Positions 54,020 through 64,000 of a DNA stretch of 64,000 nucleotides are shown piece after piece (within the stretch, counting starts at the first letter, position 1; every line of letters starts with the position of its first letter). Location of the stretch: assembly GCF_009914755.1 (NCBI RefSeq), contig NC_060937.1, one strand, 5' to 3'. Both the position numbers and the translations under genes were made by a program. This stretch comes from the human T2T-CHM13v2.0 reference genome, Homo sapiens. Below the pieces are notes generated by a model. That model was given only the letters and a program-made list of their open reading frames with translations. It searched no databases and had not been told where the DNA came from.

Positions 54020-57000
54020 AGCAAACCAACCCCAAAGGTAGCAGAAGACAAGAAATAATCAAAATCAGAGCCAAACTAAAAAAAAAAAAAGAGACTCAAA
54101 AAACCATCCAAAAGATCAAGGAATCCAGGAGTTCGATTTTTGAAAAAATAAATAAGATAGGCCACTAGCTACACTAATAAAGAAGAGAGAATATTGAAAT
54201 AAAAAATTAGAAATGACAAAGGAGATGTTACCACTGACCCTACAGAAATACAAATAATCCTCAAAGACTACTACAAATACCTCTGTGCACACAAACTAGA
54301 AAACCTAGAAGAGATGAATAAATTCTTAGACATATATACCCTCCCAAGACTGAGCCAGGAAAAAATTGATTCCCTGAACATACCAATAATGAGCTTCAAA
54401 ATTAAATCAGTAAAAAATAGCCTACCAGCCAAAAAAAGCCTGGGACCAGATGAATTTACAGCTGAATTCTACTGGATGTACAAAGAAGAGCTCGTGCCAT
54501 TCTTATTGAAACTATTTCAAAACATTCAGGTGGAGGGATTCATCCCCAACTCATTCTGTGAGGCCAAAATCATTTGTATACCAAAACCTGACAGAGACAC
54601 AATAGAAAAAGAAAACTTTGGGCCAATAACTTTGATGAACACTGATGCAAAATATCTTCAACAAAATACTGGCAAACTGAATACAGCAGCACATCAAAAA
54701 GCTATCTACCACGATCACTGGGATGCAAGGTTGGTTCAACATATGCAAATCAATAAATGTGATTTATCACATAAACAGACCTAAAGACAAAAACCACGAT
54801 TATTTCAATAGATGTTGAAAAGGCTTTTGATAACATTCAACATCACTTCATGTTAAAACTCTAAAAAAAAAACCTAGGTATTGAAGGAAAATGCCTAAAA
54901 ATAATGAGTCTTCTTAGTATGACAAACCCACAGCCAATATCATACTGAATAAGCAAAAGCTAGAAGCATTCCCCTTGAAAACTGGCATAAGATGAGCATG
55001 TCCTCTCTCACCACTCCTATTCAACATGGTATTGGAAATCCTGGAAATCCAAATAGGAAAAGAGGATGTCAAACTATCCCTGTTGGTAGATGACATGATT
55101 CTATATCAAAAAGACCCCATAGTTTCAGCCCAAAAGATCCTTCTGCTAATAAACAACAACTTCAGCTGCTAATAAATAACTTCAGGATACAAAATCAATG
55201 TACAAAATATCACTAACATTCCTATAAACCAACAACTGTCAAGCCAAGGGCCAAATCAGGAGCACAATTCCATTCACAATTTCCACAAAAAAGAATAAAA
55301 TACCTAGGAATACAGCTAACCAGGGAGGTAAAATATCACTACAATAATTACAAAACATTGCTCTAAGAAATCAGAGATGACATAAACCAATGGAAAAACA
55401 TTCCATGTTCATAGTTTAGAAGAATCAGTATCATTAAAATGATGATATGGCCCAAAACAGTTTACAGATTCAATATCATTCCTATCAAACTACCATTGAC
55501 ATTCTTCACAGAGTTTAAAAAGTCTATTTTAAAATTTATATGGAACCAAAAAAAGAGCCTGAATATTGAAGGAAATCTGAAGCAAAAAGAACAAAGCTGG
55601 AAGCAGCATGTTACCCAACTTCAAACTATACTACAGGGCTACAGCAATGAAAATAGCATGGTACTGCTATAGAACCAGACAGATAAACCAATGGAACAGA
55701 ATAGAGAGCCCAGAAATAGGGCTGCACACCTACAACAATCTGATTTTTGACAAAGTTGACAAAAACGAGCAATACAGAAAGAACTTCCTACTCAATAAAT
55801 ACTGAAGTAACTGGCTAGCCATATGCAGAAGATTGAAAATGGACCTCTTCCTTACACCATATACAAAAATCAACTCAAGATGAATTAAAGCCTCAAATGT
55901 AAAACCCAAAACTATAAATATCCTGAAAGACAACCTAAGCAATACCTTTCTGGACATAGGAACTGGAAAATATTTCATGATGAAGATGCCAAAATTAATC
56001 ATAAGAAAAGCATAATTGACTAATGGGATCTAATTAAACTAAAGAGCTTCTGCACAGCAAAAGAAAGTTCAACAGAGTAAACAGACAACCACACAGAATG
56101 GGAGAAAATATTTGCCAACTATGCATCTGACAAAGGTGTAATATCCAGCATCTATAGCAATTAACACATTTGTAAGACAAAAAAAACAACCTAATTACAA
56201 TTGGGCAAAGGACATGAACACTTTTCAAAAGAAGACTTACATGTATCCAGCAAGCATATGGAAAAAAGTTTAATATCACTAATCATTAGAGAAATGCAAA
56301 TCAAAACCACAATGAGATACCATCTCACACCAGTCAGAATGGCTATTATTAAAAAGTCAAATAATAACTAATCCTAGCAAAGCAAGGCAGTGGAGAAAAG
56401 AGAATGTTTACACTCTCTTGGTGGAAGTGTAAATTAGTTCAACCATTGTGGAAAGTAGTGCAGTGATTCCTCAAAGAGCTGAAAACAGAACTACCATTTG
56501 ACCCAGTAATCCCTTTAATGGGTATATACCTAAAGGAAATACATTGTTTTACCATAAAGACACAGCAGGCAAATGTTCATTGCAACACTATTCACAATAG
56601 CCAAGACATGAAATCAACCTAAATGCCCATCAAAGACAGATTGGGTAAAGAAAATGTGGTACATACACACCATGGAATACTATGCAGCCATAAAAAAGAA
56701 TGAGATCTTATTCTTTGCAAGAACATGGATGGAGGCCATCAAACTTAGCAAACTAATGCAGGAACAGCAAATCAAATGCCACATATTCTCATCTATGAGT
56801 AGGAGCTAAATGATGAAGTCACGGACACAAAGAGGGAAACAGTAGACACTGGGGCCTACCTGAGGGAGAAGGGCATGAGAAGGGAGAGGATCAGAAAAAA
56901 TAATTACTGGGTACTGGGATTAGCACATGGGTGATGAAATAATCTGTACAACAAACTGTGACACAAATTTATCTATGTAACAAACCTGCACATGTTCCCC

Positions 57001-57082
57001 TGAACCTAAAATAAAAGCTTAAAAGATAATAATAATAATAAATTTTTTTAATTACTAAAAAAGTTTTTTAAAAAGGAGAAAC
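54020..57082 (+). mobile_element. 5'-truncated older L1PA (L1PA13-16-like), ~3 kb, ORF2 pseudo-frame including the RT domain
   Basis: ORFs 54314-54784, 55439-55672 and 55608-55805 are ORF2 pieces; decayed RT motif (TTGGTAGATGACATGATT, LVDDMI) near 55083; 14-bp TSD ATTTCTTAAGGGTG at 54006-54019 and 57083-57096. Confidence 0.95.
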
Positions 57083-57837
57083 ATTTCTTAAGGGTGGATG
57101 GACCTGGTTTGTCAAGTGGCAAGATAATTTGTACTTTCTGTTTTGTAGTTGGTGCTCTTCTTCACAAATTGTTAGTTTCTGGCAGTTATTCTCTAAACCC
57201 ATTCTATTACCACAACAGGAAATCCCCTCCTCTATTGTGAGAAGACAGAAAGAGTGGAAAAAATTGGGAGTAAGAACAGCAGGAAATAATCTCACCCACC
57301 TTGTGGGTATTTAGTGAGGGAACCTGACTCTTTCCACACAATGTATTCTGTTGAGTTTTATTCATTCTTATTATATATTGCCCCATTCTTTATCTCTACT
57401 CCCCTATGAAGCCTCCAAGGTTCATCTTCGTAAACACAGTTGCCTAGGAAAGTTGGTGGTGAGGGGACAGGTGTTGTCGGGGATCTGGCCCCAATTGTAA
57501 TCCATTAAAGGCATTCAAAAACAATCCCTTCTTTTCTGAACCTCTCTCCATCACAACCGTGTATTCCACAGAAGTTTTTACCTCTAATTTCTGAAATTTT
57601 CTTAATTTTTGTAACGTGAAACAATTTTATTCTTTGTGTGATCATGGGCAACTTCATTTATCCACTTTTGTTCTTCACATAAAGGTAACAAATATAGTCC
57701 AGATTTGTTGAATTTGAACGCCATGCTATTTTACTGTTTCTGGCTTGCTTTATTACTTGTAAATGATTTTGGAGCCCAGGAATTATTTAATATCAACAAA
57801 GACAGCTGAGTTTTTTTTTTAAGTATAATCAATAAAG

Positions 57838-58372
57838 TGTTATTTTTGTGGCTTCTTCACTCCTGTAGTTTGGCAAGTGGGAGAGAGCGTTACCACTCTT
57901 GCAGTTTGTTGAGTTCCGAGTTCTTGTTTCATGACCAAGAGAAATGAGGTACGCAGACACTGGAGAATAAGTCAGAGCTGAATTTTATTGAGCAACATAA
58001 AGAAAGCTCATAGCATCAAGTGGGTACTCAAAAGAGGGTTGCTGGCTGCAAGGCTGAGTCCAAGGTTTTTATGAACTTAGAATGGGGAAATGTGTGCTGA
58101 TGGGTAGGCTTGGGGAAAAAACACCATTCAGAAAGAGGTACAACAGTGTAAAGAACTAATCAAGGGCTGAAGTGAAGTCTTGGCCCAGGACCTTCGTCCA
58201 GGACCAATCAGCACACCAAACAGGAATGGAAGTTCTCACTCCAGTTTACAGACTCTATCCAGAACTGGTAGTTTGGTGTTCAGACTTCAGACTGTCTTTG
58301 GCTTGAAGGTCAGGTTTCTCTGGGGACCCATGCTTGTCTGCCTAGGAATTTATCTGCCTCCCATTGCTATCA
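57838..58372 (-). mobile_element. MER61-like ERV1 LTR
   Basis: GAGTTCTTGT...TTTTATTGAGC...AGGGTTGC...GGACCAATCAG...CTGCCTCCCATTGCTATCA terminus; left boundary uncertain. Confidence 0.7.
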
Positions 58373-58487
58373 ATATTTAGCTGCTTTTACATTGTTTTGT
58401 AGAAGTAACAATAAAAATAAAAAATACATTCCATTTAAAAGTTTTCTTGTCCCTCCAAAATAAGTAAACCAAAAGCCCCTTCATGAG

Positions 58488-59100
58488 TTCATTCATTCAA
58501 TGGCTATTTTTTTACTAATGTGCCAGGCATTATGCTGTTGACTTGAGAGTCAAGGGTGAATAAAATTTTTTACTGTGTGGTAAGAGGTGCAGATAATTAA
58601 ACAGACAATTACACAGTAGTGTAAACAGTGTTTTGTGGGAGCTTTTAAGAACAACATCTGTTTCAGAATTATGGGGTCAAGCAAGGGTTAGCACCTAGTG
58701 CAGAAAATGATGTCTAAGATGACATCTGAATGTAGCCAGGTTAATTTGAGAAGGGAAGAATGTCACAGCAGAAGCATGGGAAGACTTGAGGCAGAGAGAA
58801 AGCACAGTGCATACAAAGAAATAAAGTAAGTTTAGTATACGGCTTATGGGAACTGGGATTCAGATACAAGTTAGGTGAGAAGCATGAAGAGGTAAGCAGA
58901 GGTCAGACACTCAGTGCCTTAAAATTAATGTGAAGGTACTTTAATAGTTATTATGGGAAGTGGGGCATTCCTCTAAGCTGAAGTGCATTGGGGTCAGGTG
59001 GAAAAAGTCATTAATAAAGGTAAGAGATATTAGAAGGTAATGATGTAATCTAGGCTAAATATTTTGGAGGCACCTAATAGAATTGTAGCACTGAGGACAG
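58488..59100 (-). mobile_element. L2 3' portion
   Basis: TTCATTCATTCAA...ATGTGCCAGGCATTATGCT antisense L2 tail; AAACAGACAATTACA. Confidence 0.7.
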
Positions 59101-59601
59101 AAAAAATTAGACCTATCAGCACTATCATTTTAATAATGCATAATTAGACAATTGGGTAAAATAAGGATACTTTCTATTGTTTCCCATTTTCACTTATCTT
59201 CATGCTTAAAATTAAATCAACTTTCTATCTCTTACATATTGCCAGCAGCAATTGAAGAATAAGTTTATCTGATTACTAAAATTCTCAGTGATTCATAGTT
59301 TAATCTGTTTAGTCTCTTAATCTGATTGTTGGAAGAACAACTTTGAATGAATCATGATAGGATGTCAAGAACACTTTCTGGTGGTCACAATTTTCTTAGC
59401 GTGTTTCTAGGTGATGATGCTTCAGTCATTAAGCATAGATCTACAATGTAAGCAGCAGTAAAGAATCTACAATTGCCACAGGTTGTGAAACTACAAATTA
59501 ACAATTTTAATGACTTTACTTGTCAAAATTACCTCATTCTCTAAACTGTCATATGCAACTTCAAAACTTCATGAAAATGTCATTTCTCTTAAAAATGATA
59601 C

Positions 59602-59730
59602 GGCAGGGTGTGGTGGCTCACACTTGTAATCCCAACACGTTGGGAGGACTGCTTGAGGCCAGGAATTTAAGATCAACCTGGCCAATGTAGTGAGACTCCA
59701 TCTCTATAAAAAAGTTGAAAAAATAATAAT
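59602..59730 (+). mobile_element. FLAM / AluJ left monomer with a deletion
   Basis: GGTGTGGTGGCTCACACTTGTAATCCCAACAC...GCTTGAGGCCAGGAATTTAAGA. Confidence 0.85.
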
Positions 59731-60004
59731 AGTTGATTTAAAAATGTAGAAAGTAGAAATGTTTCTGACAATAAACAATTCAAAAATATTGTATCACTTA
59801 AAATATAATCTTGATAAGGAAAATATGAATTAAGATGAATATAGTAAATAGATTTAGTTAATAGTCTACTATGTAATTGAACAAATTAATAGAGAAACTT
59901 ACATTTTTAGTAGGTCCTAAAGCTCTGTATAACCATCATGTCCATCTATCATGCCATCCCCATAATGAGGAGTTATAGAGCAATTGATAAATTAGTAGTA
60001 AAAA

Positions 60005-60270
60005 GACTTACCTTTATTTAACATCTACTATATGTTCATACATAAACAATAGTTTTTGAGAGAGAAATTTAAAGTACCTTAATGTTATCAAATTCCCATT
60101 GGAGAAAAATGAGATCTATGCTAGTCTACACATCATACCAATGAGAGAATTGACAACACCAAAGAATTAATAATTACCCTAGTATCACAAAATCAGCAAG
60201 TGGCAGAGCCAGTGTTTGGAGTGAGGTCTGATAACCTTCATTATTCGTGTGTTTTCCACTGTTCCCTGCA
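60005..60270 (-). mobile_element. MIR
   Basis: TTTATTAACATCTACTATATG; TAATTACCCTAGTATCACAAAATCAGCAAGTGGCAGAGCCAG. Confidence 0.6.
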
Positions 60271-61015
60271 CCTCATGTTCTTTAACATAATACCTCAATA
60301 AGGCAAATGTTGGAAAAACAGTATTAATTGGACTTTTGGCTTTTTGTTAACTTTTCTATTTTTTGTGTATTTACCTCCGCATTATTTGCATATTTACTAT
60401 CCAGGTATTCATTCCTTCATCAAAAGTATTTATTGAATGAATTGGTATTATTCACTGCTCCTGCCTCAAGAAAACTGACTTGTAAAGCTAATTAACACTG
60501 TGAGACAAGAATAAAGTGCTATCACAAGAAAGTATATTATTAACAACTATGACATTGTACACATAGGAATGCTTTTGAAAAGGAAAGAGCAAGATAACTG
60601 CCTATTCAGGCATTAGAAAATAATTTTAAAAGCAGAAATTTTACAATAATAAATATTCGCCGCCCTTTCCAGGGATACTCTTGTAGAATTAGTGTGCTTA
60701 ATAATTCTGAAAGACTTTTCCCTTTCATAATGTATCTGTCTTTGGAATTTAATTCATATTGCCTGTGCTACAAGTTGGATTCTGACATTGCTGGCATCAT
60801 TGAAAAGGCACCACAAACTAACTGATATCTCAAAATGTTGATACTTCAGTTATTCTCATTTTAACATGTCCACTTCCACAAATTCACCAAGACCTCTAGT
60901 ACAAGTTTGCTGAATCATATGCTTCCATAAGACACAGCCTTTCCTACACGATTAGACAACGTAAAACAAAATGGAATGCACCAGAACAGAACAGCATAAG
61001 AGATTACACATTCTT

Positions 61016-61323
61016 TTGCTGTTGTTATGGTTGTTGTTAGACGGGATCTTACTCTGTCGCCCAGTTTGGAGTTCAGGCATGATCTTGGCTTACTGCAACC
61101 TCTGCCTCCCAAGCTGAAGAAATCCTCCTGCTTCAGCCTCCTGAAGAGCTGGGACCACAGGCATGCACCACCATGCCTGGCTAATTTTTAGTATTTTTTG
61201 ATATAGTCAGTCAGGGTTTTACTATGTTTCCCAGGCTGGTCTCAAACTCCTGAACTCAGGCAATCCACCCGCCTCAGCCTCCCAAAGTGCTGGGATTACA
61301 GGCATGTGCTACCGTGTCTAGCC
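61016..61323 (-). mobile_element. AluJb/Sz-type element
   Basis: Full antisense dimer; CACATTCTT on both flanks (61007-61015, 61323-61331). Confidence 0.9.
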
Positions 61324-61849
61324 ACATTCTTCTATAGACACATTATAAAGCAAATCATGTACATGAAAGCCCAGTTTGTCCAAGACATTTGCATTCATTT
61401 CGCTCAAATTTTATGATGTCATCGTGAACCACTAATCCTTTCTTTTGCTAATCTATAACTTGCAAAGCTAATTCAGTATAAATGCTGAATTTTTCAAATC
61501 AGATTTTTCAAACACACATAAAAAGTATTGAGCAAGTAAGATTTCCATGAAATAAACCATAACATGGTTAGGAAGAGCCAACTACTTCAAATAAGATAAT
61601 AACAGAAGAGTGACCAAGATGACTTCTGGATGAGAATTTTTATTTCTATCCTCCCAATTTTTGTTTGACAGACTTTCTGTTTTATAGGTTTCCTCATATT
61701 AAACAACAGTGTTTCAGAAAAGATAAGTGGTAAAACCAGCGTGAAGAGACAGACAAAAAAATAGGTTTTTAAACTTCGAAAAGTTGCAAAAAGTTGCAAT
61801 AAGAAGTTTGTTTAAGACTAAAGATAGACTTCATAAAACATATCAAGAG

Positions 61850-62531
61850 ATTTTGGTGGGGCTTGGCTGCAGGCATGGAAGTTGAGCTCATTAGGAAAAA
61901 AAAAATGCTCCTTGTTGGGATATATAGAAGAGGGACTGAAGAAGCTTTAAGATTATATTGGAGTGAAGTTGGTGTTTTGCTTTCAGAAAATGATGATGAT
62001 TATAATTTGCATTTTGAATAATTACTCCATATAGGCAGAACTCCTGTGCCAGGAAAGGCAGTCTTATGTATCTTTTCATCCCCAATCGGCCATAGAAGAA
62101 TGGGTCTTGGTCCTGGTACACTTCATTATCAAGTGATACATAGTCTGTGATGAACTTATCACCTTGAGCAGGAATGTCTTTCCCTGTTTCAAGCTCAATG
62201 TGCACTCCCTTGTTCTGCTTAAGCACGTGCCTCAGGGCTTCTGACTTACCCCTAGCTTTCAGTATTTTATATTCCACAGAGTGGGAGAGATTTCTTCCAC
62301 TGCAGCACTAGAGGTGTGCTTGTAAGCAAATCGCCCTGCTTGGGCTCCCAGGGAACCCACTAGCCCTGATGGACCAGTGCAGACTATTGGAGCAGATGTT
62401 GTTCTGCCTCTACATGTAAGTAAAGCCTTGGTCCAACCAGTGATTAATCATGTAGTGTTTTCCTTGGGAACTCTGATACCAAGAGTCCGTTCCTGGAACT
62501 GACAACTGAGTCCACAGTGGACTGCTCAACA
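61850..62531 (+). mobile_element. ERVL LTR of the MER54/MER74 group
   Basis: CTCCCTTGTTCTGCTTAAGC motif, GTAAGTAAAG poly(A)-signal-like motif, ends GCTCAACA; family and left edge are tentative. Confidence 0.5.
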
Positions 62532-62857
62532 ACTAGATTGTTATATTTGCTATATAATTTAATGCAGTCTTCAAAATACCCCTATTGTTAGGCATCTTAT
62601 CAACATTTTAGAAACAGGAAAACATGTTTCGAAGAAACGAAGTAACTTTGCAAACTTTATTACAGAGTAAATGATAAAATTGTAATCAGCTCTGTCTTAA
62701 CACAAATCATGGATTTTCTTTACTATGCTGTCAAGGTTAATCATCATTAGAATGTTGGCCCAGGCTTTCTTTTCTAGTCCATAGAAATTCCTCATATAAT
62801 ATTAAGACATAAACATATTTTAAAAATATATAATACTGGTTTTCCCCTGGGTCAAAT

Positions 62858-64000
62858 TGTGTCTGGAATTGTGTCTGGTTCTTGGTCTTGCTGACTTCAA
62901 GAATGAAGCCGCAGACCCTCACGGTGTTACAGTTCTTAAAGATGGTGTGTCTGGAGTTTGTTCCTTCAGATGTGTCCAGAGTTTTTTCCTTCTGGTGGGT
63001 TCCTGGTCTCGCTGACTTCAGGAGTGAAGCTGCAGACCTTCACGGTGGGTGTTACAGCTCTTAAAGGCGATGCATCTGGAGTTGTTCCTTCCTTCTGGTG
63101 GGTTCGTGGTCTCGCTGACCTCAGGAGCGAAGCTGCAGACCTTCGTGGTGAGTGTTACAGTTCATAAAGGTGGCGCGTCCGGAGTTGTTTGTTTCTCCTG
63201 TCCGGAGTTGTTCGTCCCTCCCGGTGGGTTTGGGGTCTCGCTGGCTTCAGGAGTGAAGCTGCAGACCTTCACAGTGAGTGTTACAGTTCATAAAGGTGGT
63301 GTGGACCCAAACAGTGAGCAGCAGCAAGATTTATTGCAAAGAGTGAAAGAACAAAGCTTCCACACTGTGGAAGGTGACCCAAGCAGGTTGCCGCTGCTGT
63401 CCCAGGTGGCCTGCTTTTATTCTCTTATCTGGCCCCTCCCACATCCTGCTGATTGTTCCATTTTACAGAGAGCTGATTGTTCCATTTTACAGAGAGCTGA
63501 TTGGTCCGTTTCACAGAGAGCTGATTGGTCCATTTTGACAGAGTGCTGATTGGTGCATTTACAATCTTTTAGCAAGACACAGAGTGCTGATTGGTACGTT
63601 TACAATCCTTTAGCCAGACACAAAAGTTCTCCAAGTCCCTACCAGATTAGCTAGACACAGAGCACTGATTGGTGCACTTACAAACCTTTAGCTACACACA
63701 GAGTGCTGATTGGTGCGTTTACAATCCTTTAGCTAGACACAAAAGTTCTCCAAGTCCCCACCAGATTAGCTAGACACAGAGTGCTGATTGGTGTGTTTAC
63801 AATCCTTTAGCTAGACACAGAGTGCTGATTGGTGCATTTACAATGCATTAACTAGACAGAAAAGTTATCCAAGTCCCCACCTGACCCAGAAGCCCAGCCG
63901 GCTTCACCTCTCGATGGCACTTGCCATGGGACTTTGTGGCACCTAGCCCAGACACTCCAGCAGCCCAGAGGGAGCTCATCCCCCAGTCAAGCCCAGCAGG
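62858..64000 (-). mobile_element. LTR12-family (LTR12D/E-like, ERV9) LTR, cut by the window end
   Basis: TGTGTCTGGAATT terminus; GGAGTGAAGCTGCAGACCTTC repeats; CTTTTATT promoter motif near 63414; GCTGATTGGT tandem repeats. Confidence 0.95.

Noticed and set aside
54314-55805. Reverse-transcriptase-like ORFs
   Set aside because: Fragments of a truncated older L1PA with stops, frameshifts and a mutated FADD motif
61891-62277. 128-aa minus-strand ORF
   Set aside because: Overlaps a probable ERVL LTR; no recognisable homology or exon structure
62295-62320. CTCF-like GCACTAGAGGTGTGC
   Set aside because: Lacks the leading CC and the GGGC core of the consensus
63440-63860. Regularly spaced repeats resembling a CRISPR array
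   Set aside because: These are LTR12 U3 tandem repeats; the intervening sequences are repeated rather than unique spacers, and the DNA is primate

Overview
AT-rich primate (human-like) genomic DNA, intergenic or deep intronic, dominated by interspersed repeats: L1 of several ages, L2, MIR, Alu/FLAM, MaLR (THE1, MLT1), ERV1 LTRs (two LTR12, MER52, MER61-like) and ERVL LTRs (MLT2, LTR33, MER54/74-like). I see no credible protein-coding exon, RNA gene or CRISPR-like array. The ORFs in the track are decayed L1 ORF2, Alu/LTR reading frames or chance ORFs. I found no support for a new biological system. The most interesting features are structural. There are two short local duplications of apparently non-repeat DNA (61 bp at 720 bp spacing and 108 bp at 816 bp spacing), the second landing at a palindrome/(AT)22 tract. 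There are also three L1 insertions with twin-priming-type 5' inversions, an L1PA2 nested in an older L1, a full-length THE1 with intact DUX4 motifs in both LTRs, a probable ancient two-LTR MLT1 provirus, and two co-oriented LTR12 promoters. Subfamily names come from recalled consensus motifs, not a database search. Boundaries of the old elements are approximate.
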